Below, one piece after another: positions 37,654-45,881 of a DNA stretch of 64,000 bases. Position 1 is the first letter of the stretch, and each line of letters begins with the position of its first letter. Made by a program: the position numbers and the translations under genes. Source of the stretch: an uncultured Bacilli bacterium (GTDB lineage Bacteria > Bacillota_I > Bacilli_A > RF39 > UBA660); NCBI GenBank assembly GCA_963931305.1, contig OZ006994.1:741444-805443 (forward strand), written 5' to 3'. The notes beneath the pieces were generated by a model, which was given only the letters and a program-made list of their open reading frames with translations, did no database searches and had not been told where the DNA came from.

Positions 37654-38293
37654 TGATATACTGTTTATAATCTAGTACGGATCCATCTTTTTTAAATACT
37701 AGAAATAAATTCTTTCCATTTGCTTCTCCTAAAGCACTTCCTTGTTCTACGTAATCATATAATTTTATACTTAAGTTTTTGATATTTCCGTACCAGCAAT
37801 CAACACCATTTGCTTGTTGAATAATTAAAGTATTCCCATACCCCTCTTTTTCACCAATAAATACCACGATACCACTTTCTAAGGAAGGAATGAGTAGATC
37901 AGGATCAACAGTTAATTTCACTCCATCTTGGTATTTCTTTTCTTCTTTATAAGTCAATTTTTCACGAAATACTGCTTTGGTTGGTTCTTCTATCAATTGT
38001 TCAAAAAAAGGAATAGGACTACCAAAATATTTTTGGTATATTTGATTGATAGAAGCAAAACGAAAGTTTTGTTCAAACACATATTTATAAAATGAACTCT
38101 TCCAACTAGGATTTTTCTTTAACAAAATAAAACATAACAATGTGATAATCACACAGATGAGAAACCGCATTACAAATGACATGATTTTCTTCTGATATTT
38201 CTTTTTAATAATGGTTGTTTTTATCTTGTTTTCTTTCTCATTTGTATTTTGATGCTTCTTTTTCATCTCTTTTTTTAAACGTTCAATATCCAT
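37646..38293 (-). CDS. Membrane-anchored degenerate M23/LytM-domain protein (SpoIVFA-like)
   Basis: It has the LytM fold block GIVVFIGEKEGYGNTLIIQQANGVDCWYGNIKN...NLFLVFKKDG, with the catalytic His residues replaced. It overlaps the M50 gene by 8 nt. Confidence 0.55.
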   Translation of the reverse strand: MDIERLKKEMKKKHQNTNEKENKIKTTIIKKKYQKKIMSFVMRFLICVIITLLCFILLKKNPSWKSSFYKYVFEQNFRFASINQIYQKYFGSPIPFFEQLIEEPTKAVFREKLTYKEEKKYQDGVKLTVDPDLLIPSLESGIVVFIGEKEGYGNTLIIQQANGVDCWYGNIKNLSIKLYDYVEQGSALGEANGKNLFLVFKKDGSVLDYKQYING

Positions 38294-38339
38294 CCTATCA
38301 CCTAATTAGATATATGAGAAAAAGATGGAAACATTCCAT

Positions 38340-38840
38340 CTAATCGATTTTTGTAATGTGATATTTGTGAGAAATAAAATCTGTAACCCCATACAATATC
38401 ACTGCATATATTACATTCAAAATTAAACTTGTCGTAATTCCCCTTCCAAGTGCAAACCAAGAAAAAGGTAAATAGCCAATGATAACTAGTACGAAAAAGG
38501 AAATAGAACGGTAAAAAGCAATCGCTAATACAGTCATGAGTGCGACATTAAAATAATTATTAGAAAGCATATAATTCATCTTAGCAATAAAATATGCTGT
38601 CATTAAAAAGAGAAATAAATTTAAAATCACAGTATCTGTAAAAACAATATCATAAAATAACCCTAATATGGCTGCTACCTTATAATAATTAGAACGTTCT
38701 TTTTTAAAGTAAGGATAAATAATGACAAGTGCTACAATTGTAAAAAGTGGAAGAAATAAATTACTATGAATCGAAACAAAATTACTTACTAAACTTTCTA
38801 AAAAGAAAGAGATAATCGTGACAATAATCGCTAATTGCAT
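38340..38840 (-). CDS. mreD: Rod shape-determining protein MreD
   Basis: This small polytopic membrane protein lies directly downstream of mreC. Confidence 0.7.
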   Translation of the reverse strand: MQLAIIVTIISFFLESLVSNFVSIHSNLFLPLFTIVALVIIYPYFKKERSNYYKVAAILGLFYDIVFTDTVILNLFLFLMTAYFIAKMNYMLSNNYFNVALMTVLAIAFYRSISFFVLVIIGYLPFSWFALGRGITTSLILNVIYAVILYGVTDFISHKYHITKID

Positions 38841-38842
38841 TT

Positions 38843-39688
38843 TTATGCTTTCCTTTTTAAGATAGTAACAAAACTTAAATCATCATAGTCAACACTGCTT
38901 GTAACTTCCACTGTTTTAGCTAAATCAAAATTATCTGTTGTCACCCTTTTTACTTTTCCTACAACAATTCCACTTGGAAATGCATCGCCCATCCCTGTTG
39001 TTGTAACAACAGAATCTTTTGGTATTTCTGTATTATCACTAATTCCTTCGACAATAAATGTTCTTTTTTGTTTGTCATAACCTGATAATAACCCATATAC
39101 AAATTTATCCCCTACTTTAATTTTAACGGATGTTTTATTATTGACATCATCACTGGTAATTAATTTTACCGTACTATTAAAATTTGTTACTTTGGTTACT
39201 TTACCAATTAAACCTTCACTGACAATAACAGGCATATCTTTTTCTACCCCATTATAACTTCCTTTATCAATCGTAATCGTATTATACCAATAACCTAAAT
39301 TACGATTTACAACAGTGGCATTTAAATAACTGCTTTCTGATAATGTCTGATTTAATTCTAGTGTCTTTTTTAAGTTTTTTACTTCTCGTTCTAATTCTTC
39401 TTTTTCACTTTGAATTAAATCTGTTTCTTTTACTTTCTTTTCTAATTCTTTATATTTCTCATACAAATTCTGCTTTTCACTATGTTCTTTCATCTTATCT
39501 TTGATAAATTCAACTGGTTTATAAAGAATCTTAGTAACTGCTAACGTTGAATCTTTCATCGCTTTTTCAATTGGACTTAAATCTTCTTTATTCATAATAA
39601 TCGCATTTGTGATTCCTAGTACTAAAGCTACCACGAACACTGCAATCAAAATGATATATTTTTTATTGATTGTCTTTTTTTCGTACAT
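38843..39688 (-). CDS. mreC: Rod shape-determining protein MreC
   Basis: An AAGGTGA SD precedes the ATG at 39688. It has a TM anchor and a coiled coil. The beta-barrel blocks are GSYNGVEKDMPVIVSEGLIGKV and GDAFPSGIVVGKV. Confidence 0.85.
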   Translation of the reverse strand: MYEKKTINKKYIILIAVFVVALVLGITNAIIMNKEDLSPIEKAMKDSTLAVTKILYKPVEFIKDKMKEHSEKQNLYEKYKELEKKVKETDLIQSEKEELEREVKNLKKTLELNQTLSESSYLNATVVNRNLGYWYNTITIDKGSYNGVEKDMPVIVSEGLIGKVTKVTNFNSTVKLITSDDVNNKTSVKIKVGDKFVYGLLSGYDKQKRTFIVEGISDNTEIPKDSVVTTTGMGDAFPSGIVVGKVKRVTTDNFDLAKTVEVTSSVDYDDLSFVTILKRKA

Positions 39689-39728
39689 AAAATCACCTTT
39701 ATTCATTATAATATAAAACACATACTTT

Positions 39729-40421
39729 TTAAAGTGCTATTCGATTGTTTTCAAAAAAACTATAGTATTTATCTTCTCCGATAATAATATGATCCACTAT
39801 TTCAATTCCAAGCATTTTTCCTACTTTCACTAGTTGTGATGTAAATAAAATATCTTCTTTACTTGGTAATACTTCTCCACTTGGATGATTATGGATACAG
39901 ATAATAGAACAAGCACTTACTTGATATGCTTCTTTAAATACTTCCCGAGGATGTACTAAACTACGATTTAAAGTACCGATAAATAAGATTTTCTCATGAA
40001 TTAATTTCTTACTAACATCTAAGTAAATGCAAATGAAATACTCTTGCTTTAACATTCCTATTTTATCTTGATAATAAGAAGCAACTTGATAGGCATCGGT
40101 AAATTTTTGAAATAAAATAGACTTTTTCTGTAATACTCTTTTCCCTAATTCTATTGCTGCTAAAATAGTACAGGCTTTGGCGCTACCAATTCCTTTCATC
40201 TGTGCTAAAGTTTGATAAGAAGTATGTTGTAATGCTGAAATATTCCCTAATTCTTTTAAAATATAAGCACCTAATACTTTAGCACTCATATCTTTTGTTC
40301 CTGTTTTTAATAAAATAGCTAATAATTCTTCATTCGATAACTGTTCTACTCCATAACAAAGTAAACGTTCTCTTGGTCTTTCATCTTGTGGTATTTCTTT
40401 TATCTTTAAATTCAATCTCAC
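39729..40421 (-). CDS. radC: RadC-family JAB-domain protein (UPF0758)
   Basis: It has PRERLL..G...LS..ELLAILL, an HhH region, and the JAMM block HNHPSGEVLPSKED. Confidence 0.85.
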   Translation of the reverse strand: MRLNLKIKEIPQDERPRERLLCYGVEQLSNEELLAILLKTGTKDMSAKVLGAYILKELGNISALQHTSYQTLAQMKGIGSAKACTILAAIELGKRVLQKKSILFQKFTDAYQVASYYQDKIGMLKQEYFICIYLDVSKKLIHEKILFIGTLNRSLVHPREVFKEAYQVSACSIICIHNHPSGEVLPSKEDILFTSQLVKVGKMLGIEIVDHIIIGEDKYYSFFENNRIAL

Positions 40422-40873
40422 TCCTCCTTATAATTTTCTAATATCTTTTGATTAATATCGTTGATAGTCTTCTGATCTGTTACTTTCATTAACATCTCAT
40501 CTAAAGTATTTAACTGTTCTATATAGTTTTGATTTTTAATATAACCTTCCTTCTTATAAGTAACATACCCGAAAGATTGAAAGTATTCCTGCAACTTTTT
40601 AACATTTTCTTCTTTACTTGTAATTCCAATATAAACGTGATATTGATTTTCTTCAATCCGATAAATATAATATGGAAGACTTAGTACACTCTTCTTCATA
40701 TTTTCTTCATTCGAATACACTCCATACTGGAGATAATATACTTTTAAAGAATTTGTCGTTTGAAAAACACTTTTTGTTTCACTCGTTGTATGATACTCAT
40801 CACACATTGTCTTTCCAATTACAAATCCAATTACAATGGATAATAAAACGGGTATTAAATATGCTTTTTTCAT
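40418..40873 (-). CDS. Membrane-anchored hypothetical protein, possibly with a SPOR-like C-terminal domain
   Basis: The likely start is the ATG at 40873. It has a single TM segment. The beta-alpha-beta pattern (YYLQYGVYSNEENMKK...YHVYIGITSKEENVKKLQ) is reminiscent of SPOR repeats. Confidence 0.4.
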   Translation of the reverse strand: MKKAYLIPVLLSIVIGFVIGKTMCDEYHTTSETKSVFQTTNSLKVYYLQYGVYSNEENMKKSVLSLPYYIYRIEENQYHVYIGITSKEENVKKLQEYFQSFGYVTYKKEGYIKNQNYIEQLNTLDEMLMKVTDQKTINDINQKILENYKEE

Positions 40874-40955
40874 AATATCACCGTCTTTATTATGACATAG
40901 ATTTCTTCCCTTTTTTGTCATATTTTAGAAAAAAAGAATCAATCTTCATTGATTC

Positions 40956-42647
40956 TTATTGATTTAAATATTCAATTACTTTTTCATTTAATAAATCAAT
41001 CGTAATTTCTTCTTTTTCTCCACCACGTTTTTTGATTTCAATGATTCCATCACCGGCTTTTTTACCAACTGTTACTTGAACTGGAATACCAATTAATTCC
41101 ATATCTTTAAATTTTACACCTGGTCTTTCATTACGATCATCATAGATTACTTCAAAACCCATACTCTCAATTGTTTGATATAATTGATCAGCAATCTTCT
41201 TTTGAACTTCATCTTTTGGTTGAATCACTACTAAAGCAATTTCAAATGGCGCAATTGAAACTGGCCAAGCTATTCCCATATCATCTGCTCTTTGTTCAGC
41301 AATAGAGGTCATAATACGCGCTAAACCAATCCCATAACATCCCATAACGACTGGTTTTAGTTGATTGTGTTGATCCAAATAATTTAAGCCGAGACTAGTA
41401 GAATATTTAGTTCCTAATTTAAATGTATTACCACATTCAATTCCTTTTTTAAACGTTAATTTTGCACCACATTTAGGACATAAATCTCCTTCTTGAACAT
41501 TGATAATATCTCCCATTTTTTTCACTTTAAAATCCTTTAAATTCACATTTTTATAGTGATAATCACTTTTGTTTGCTCCAACAATAAAATTTTTCATCAT
41601 CTGTACATGATGATCCATTACAATCGGAATAGAAATATCAACCGGACCTGCGAACCCAACTTTAGCATGCGTAATCGTTTCTACTTCTTCTGGGGTTGCT
41701 AATTCAGCCTCTTTGGCATGTAGTAATCCTTTTAATTTTTCTTCATTTAAATCACGATCACCAGGAATTAAACATGCATAAAACTTCCCATCAATTTTAT
41801 AGATTAATGTTTTTACAAAATGACTTTTATCTTCCTTTAAAAAGTCAGCAATTTCTTCAATTGTACCGGCATTCGGAGTATGAACAAGTTTCTTTTCTTT
41901 TTCTTCTTCATAACTTTCTGTCTCGTCAACAATACAAGTACTAACTTCTAGATTCGATGCATAATCACAATTTGGACAAAGTACTAAAGTATCTTCGCCA
42001 ATTTCAACAACAGCTTGAAATTCTTCTGATAAGTTTCCACCCATTGCACCTGTACCCGCTTTTACTATTTTATAATTTAAACCAATACGATCAAAAATAT
42101 TTTGATAAGCGCGGAACATTTTTTGATAAGAAACATCGCAAGCATCTTCATCCACATCAAAACTATAAGCATCTTTCATAGTAAATTCACGTGTACGTAT
42201 TAATCCAAATCTTGGACGTGGTTCATCACGATATTTATTGGCAATTTGATAAATGTTAAATGGCATATCTTTATAAGAATGAATCATTTCCTTCGCAGCA
42301 TATACGAATAATTCTTCATGGGTAGGGCCTAATACATAACCACGATCATAGCGATCTTTTAAAGAAAACATATCATGTCCAAACACTTCTTTTCTTCCAC
42401 TTTGAATATAATAATCTTCTGGAATTAAAGATGGCATCAATAATTCTGATGCACCTGCTTGGTTCATCTCATCACGAATAATATTTTCTATCTTTTTCAT
42501 TACTCGTAAACCAAGTGGCATAAAAAGATAAATACCTGTTCCTACTTTTTTTATCATACCACTACGAACTAAATAATTACCACTTCTTGTTTCTTCATCT
42601 TTTGCATCTTCTCTTAATGTATAAAAAAATTGATTACTTAATCTCAT
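40956..42647 (-). CDS. proS: Prolyl-tRNA synthetase
   Basis: It has class II motifs, an INS editing domain and the typical N-terminus MRLSNQFFYTLRED. A GAGGGAG SD precedes the ATG at 42647. Confidence 0.95.
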   Translation of the reverse strand: MRLSNQFFYTLREDAKDEETRSGNYLVRSGMIKKVGTGIYLFMPLGLRVMKKIENIIRDEMNQAGASELLMPSLIPEDYYIQSGRKEVFGHDMFSLKDRYDRGYVLGPTHEELFVYAAKEMIHSYKDMPFNIYQIANKYRDEPRPRFGLIRTREFTMKDAYSFDVDEDACDVSYQKMFRAYQNIFDRIGLNYKIVKAGTGAMGGNLSEEFQAVVEIGEDTLVLCPNCDYASNLEVSTCIVDETESYEEEKEKKLVHTPNAGTIEEIADFLKEDKSHFVKTLIYKIDGKFYACLIPGDRDLNEEKLKGLLHAKEAELATPEEVETITHAKVGFAGPVDISIPIVMDHHVQMMKNFIVGANKSDYHYKNVNLKDFKVKKMGDIINVQEGDLCPKCGAKLTFKKGIECGNTFKLGTKYSTSLGLNYLDQHNQLKPVVMGCYGIGLARIMTSIAEQRADDMGIAWPVSIAPFEIALVVIQPKDEVQKKIADQLYQTIESMGFEVIYDDRNERPGVKFKDMELIGIPVQVTVGKKAGDGIIEIKKRGGEKEEITIDLLNEKVIEYLNQ

Positions 42648-42706
42648 ATACAACGCTCCCTCATCTATAACATTATACTATATTTTCTTTCTATCTATCA
42701 ACAAAT

Positions 42707-42739
42707 ATGAAAAGAAAAGGAATCAAATTGATTCCTTTT
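42707..42739 (-). terminator. Intrinsic terminator of the HTH-array gene
   Basis: The stem AAAAGGAATCA / TGATTCCTTTT is followed by a T-rich run on the minus strand. It begins right after the stop codon. Confidence 0.6.
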
Positions 42740-42740
42740 C

Positions 42741-44939
42741 CTAGTTTCTTGTCAATTTCTTTTCTAAGATAACTTCACTCATATTCCCATTTTGTCTCAT
42801 TTGTTCTTGAAATTCTATTTCTGTTATATAATTTAATACATATCGTACTGTTTCATATAGATAATAGCGTAACACATCCACTGGTATTTGATATTTCATG
42901 GCGATTTCTTCTGTACTCATAGTTGTAAGTTCATTTGATAGCCCATAAAATAAATCTAATACTTTTGCTTGAGATGAAGTAAGTGGACACATATTTAAAT
43001 AAATACTCTGCTTTACTGGTAAACGTAATGCTCTAATTTCTCGATCTTGAATTTGTTTATCAGAAGATGGTTCAATAGAAATATTTTGAAGTGCTTTTAC
43101 AATTGCTGGATTCGTATAAGAATTTGCTTTTAAAACAGTTTCAGAAGCATAATGAATTTTTTTCAATATAGAATCTTTTGAACAGTGATAAATACTTGCT
43201 AATTCGTCAATCGTTTGTTTCTCTCCAGTTAAACCGTAATAAGCATCTAATAACTTCATTTCTCTTTTTGATAATTGAAAACTACCTAAAATAAATTTTT
43301 CTTTCAATTTTCTTTTCATTTCATTTATTTCTGGATGCTCTTCTTTTTTTCCATATTGTAATTTTTTAATTAAGTGATAAATCTTATTTTTTAATATATT
43401 GCGATTAGAAATAGAATACATTTGTTGTAATTGTTCTAATGAATGTTTTGTGGTTCCAATACCATAAAATAAACATAGTAATGTTCTTTCAGCAGAAGAA
43501 AGTTCTGCTGAATTATCTAACATACTTTTCACTTCTCCAGGAAATAGAGAAATTAATTCTTGTTCTTTTTTATCAACCTGTACTTCTTTTATAGAGCTTG
43601 GAAATTTTGGCAATGATTTTTTATTCGCAATTGCCTGTTCACATTTATTTAAATAATCACATACAATCAAATACTTCTTACTAAATTCTGGGTATCGTAT
43701 ATGTTGATCTAGTGGTATTTTCTTTAAACATTCATATGCAGTTTGAAACTCAACTGGAATAAATGGTTGGTAAATATAATAGATATCTTTTTTTGTTTCT
43801 TTTGTTTTTAATTTATTATTTTTATCTTTTAAGGCCATTAATTTTGTTAATATATGATCAATACTTCTTTGAAATGACATTCTCTTTAAACTATGAGCAA
43901 TCTTAGTATATACTTCCTCTTCGTTTTTTGAATATAACATAGCCTTTATCACAGAATGTTCTTTTTCAGTAAATCGCATTGGATTTGCTCGATATATTTC
44001 TTCCATATCTTTTATCGTATTTACATATAAACATAATTTTTTGAGCTGTTGATTCATTACTAGTATTTTATTCGTCATCTGAGATATATTATCTTGTAAT
44101 TCTGAAATCGTAAATTGATTTTTACAGCAAAGATATAATTCATGTAAATTATTTACTTGTGATACATATTCCATAATCATTTGTTCTTGTGGAGAAAATA
44201 GTAAGCGATTCTTTTCAAATAATAAATAATTAGTTTTTAGTGTCGATAAATGATCTTTTCTTTCTGCTATTAAAATATTTGGGTTTTTTACTATCTTTAA
44301 TAAAGAGGCTGCTATAGCACGAATAGATTGTTTAGATAATTTATTTTCTAAAATTGGAAATACTTGATAAACCATATGAATATTTAAAAAGGTTTTTATG
44401 AAAATCGTTTCTTTTAATGTAAAATAATTCGTATCATGTTCATACAATAATTTCAAATCAACACGAGATTGAAAAAGTTCACACATTGCTTTTGTAGGCA
44501 TATTGTCATCTTGCAATTTCTTATTTATATTTTTCATAAAAGTTTCCATTTGATTTTTAGAATAGATTGTTTTTAACATTTGTTGTGCTTCTATATATGT
44601 TTGAGAAGAAAAAATAATATCTAATATTTTTCTTTCTTCTGGTGCAAATAAAAATCTATTTTCTTCATAAACCAAAAGATTCTGTTCTTTAAATTTTTCA
44701 AATTTTTGGGTTTGTTTTTCTTTTTCTTCTTGAACATTACGATATAACTGTATAGTACGCTCGATACTATCCATCACTGAACCGATATATTTAGGTGGGC
44801 ATATTTTCTCTAATGCAAGATAAAATTGATTCTTATCTGATACTTTACAATATAATTGAAAACAAGTTTGATAAAATTCTAACACTTCTTGTTGTTCTGA
44901 TAGTTCTATTTGTACTTTTTCCTTAAATTTCGATTCCAT
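42741..44939 (-). CDS. Large cytoplasmic protein built from at least six tandem sigma-70-region-4/LuxR-like HTH modules
   Basis: An AAGGAGGG SD precedes the ATG at 44939. The repeated modules are shown by ERTLLCLFYGIGT..SLEQLQQMYSISNRNILKNKIYHLIKKL, REMKLLDAYYGLTGEKQTIDELASIYHCSKDSILKKIHYA and SQAKVLDLFYGLS..STEEIAMKYQIPVDVLRYYLYE. Three more divergent N-terminal copies are also present (RFLFAPEERKILD.., RLLFSPQEQMIME.., RFTEKEHSVIKAM..). Confidence 0.5.
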   Translation of the reverse strand: MESKFKEKVQIELSEQQEVLEFYQTCFQLYCKVSDKNQFYLALEKICPPKYIGSVMDSIERTIQLYRNVQEEKEKQTQKFEKFKEQNLLVYEENRFLFAPEERKILDIIFSSQTYIEAQQMLKTIYSKNQMETFMKNINKKLQDDNMPTKAMCELFQSRVDLKLLYEHDTNYFTLKETIFIKTFLNIHMVYQVFPILENKLSKQSIRAIAASLLKIVKNPNILIAERKDHLSTLKTNYLLFEKNRLLFSPQEQMIMEYVSQVNNLHELYLCCKNQFTISELQDNISQMTNKILVMNQQLKKLCLYVNTIKDMEEIYRANPMRFTEKEHSVIKAMLYSKNEEEVYTKIAHSLKRMSFQRSIDHILTKLMALKDKNNKLKTKETKKDIYYIYQPFIPVEFQTAYECLKKIPLDQHIRYPEFSKKYLIVCDYLNKCEQAIANKKSLPKFPSSIKEVQVDKKEQELISLFPGEVKSMLDNSAELSSAERTLLCLFYGIGTTKHSLEQLQQMYSISNRNILKNKIYHLIKKLQYGKKEEHPEINEMKRKLKEKFILGSFQLSKREMKLLDAYYGLTGEKQTIDELASIYHCSKDSILKKIHYASETVLKANSYTNPAIVKALQNISIEPSSDKQIQDREIRALRLPVKQSIYLNMCPLTSSQAKVLDLFYGLSNELTTMSTEEIAMKYQIPVDVLRYYLYETVRYVLNYITEIEFQEQMRQNGNMSEVILEKKLTRN

Positions 44940-45021
44940 AAACCAATCCCTCCTTAAATTATCGCTTATTATATACTTATTTTTAAAACAATGCAAATAA
45001 AAACTGATACTTGGTATCAGT

Positions 45022-45867
45022 CTATAAACTTAAAGTAAAAAACAATAATAAATCATGTAATAATTGATTTTTTTCATCATCTTGAAATAAGTTATGAGTT
45101 CCCTCTGGATAAATACGATAATCAATATTCGTATAACCAGTCTTAGAAAGAAAGTTTTTAACATCTTGTCCATATTCATAAGTAGAATCTTTCTTACCAA
45201 CTCCTATAAATATAGGTAAATTTGTATTTCTTAAATAATAAGTACCTTGATGTTGTATCATATATCCTACTTCACATAAATGATATAAACTTTTTGTTGT
45301 GTACAAAAATGGTAATGATGCATCTTTTTTCTTTTCTGCTTTTTTATAAAGCATTTGATTCATGAATTGATTTCTAAAATAACTAGGTGTTACAACAGAA
45401 GTGTATTTATAAAATAATCTTTGACGCTTTAATCCAGAATATAGAAAGATTGGATTAATAAGAGCAAGTGCACGAATACGATCATCGTATTCTTTTAAGA
45501 AATTAATTGCCATGAAACTTGCATAATCATGTGTAACTAGAAATAAAGTAAGACCAGAATACATCTTAGAAATCGTTTGAATTACCATATAAATATCTTG
45601 TACCAATCCATTTGCTCCATCTTTTCCTAAATATCCAATTTCAGTTTCAAAATGAACACTTTTTCCAGTTCCACGATGATCATAACTAGCACAGATATAT
45701 TGTTCATTTAAAAATGATTCATATACAGATTGATACATCTCACTTGTCTCATAAATACCTGGAACAAATAAAATAATTCCTCTTGGGTTTCCAGTTGGTG
45801 TAGCAATTGCAATAGATAATTGATACTCATTATCATGAGCAAATGCGATTGTTGTTTCTATGTTCAT
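45022..45867 (-). CDS. Alpha/beta-fold hydrolase (lysophospholipase/monoacylglycerol-lipase-like) with Asp at the nucleophile elbow
   Basis: It has GIILFVPGIYETSEMY...YDHRGTGKS. The nucleophile elbow reads THDYAS rather than GHSMGG. The C-terminus has a candidate Asp and THNLF. Confidence 0.7.
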   Translation of the reverse strand: MNIETTIAFAHDNEYQLSIAIATPTGNPRGIILFVPGIYETSEMYQSVYESFLNEQYICASYDHRGTGKSVHFETEIGYLGKDGANGLVQDIYMVIQTISKMYSGLTLFLVTHDYASFMAINFLKEYDDRIRALALINPIFLYSGLKRQRLFYKYTSVVTPSYFRNQFMNQMLYKKAEKKKDASLPFLYTTKSLYHLCEVGYMIQHQGTYYLRNTNLPIFIGVGKKDSTYEYGQDVKNFLSKTGYTNIDYRIYPEGTHNLFQDDEKNQLLHDLLLFFTLSL

Positions 45868-45881
45868 AAATTTCCTCCTTT

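Noticed and set aside
42648-42740. A T-box riboswitch upstream of proS.
   Set aside because: The gap is only about 90 nt, and most of it is taken up by the terminator of the upstream gene. That is too short for a T-box leader, and no T-box consensus sequence is visible.
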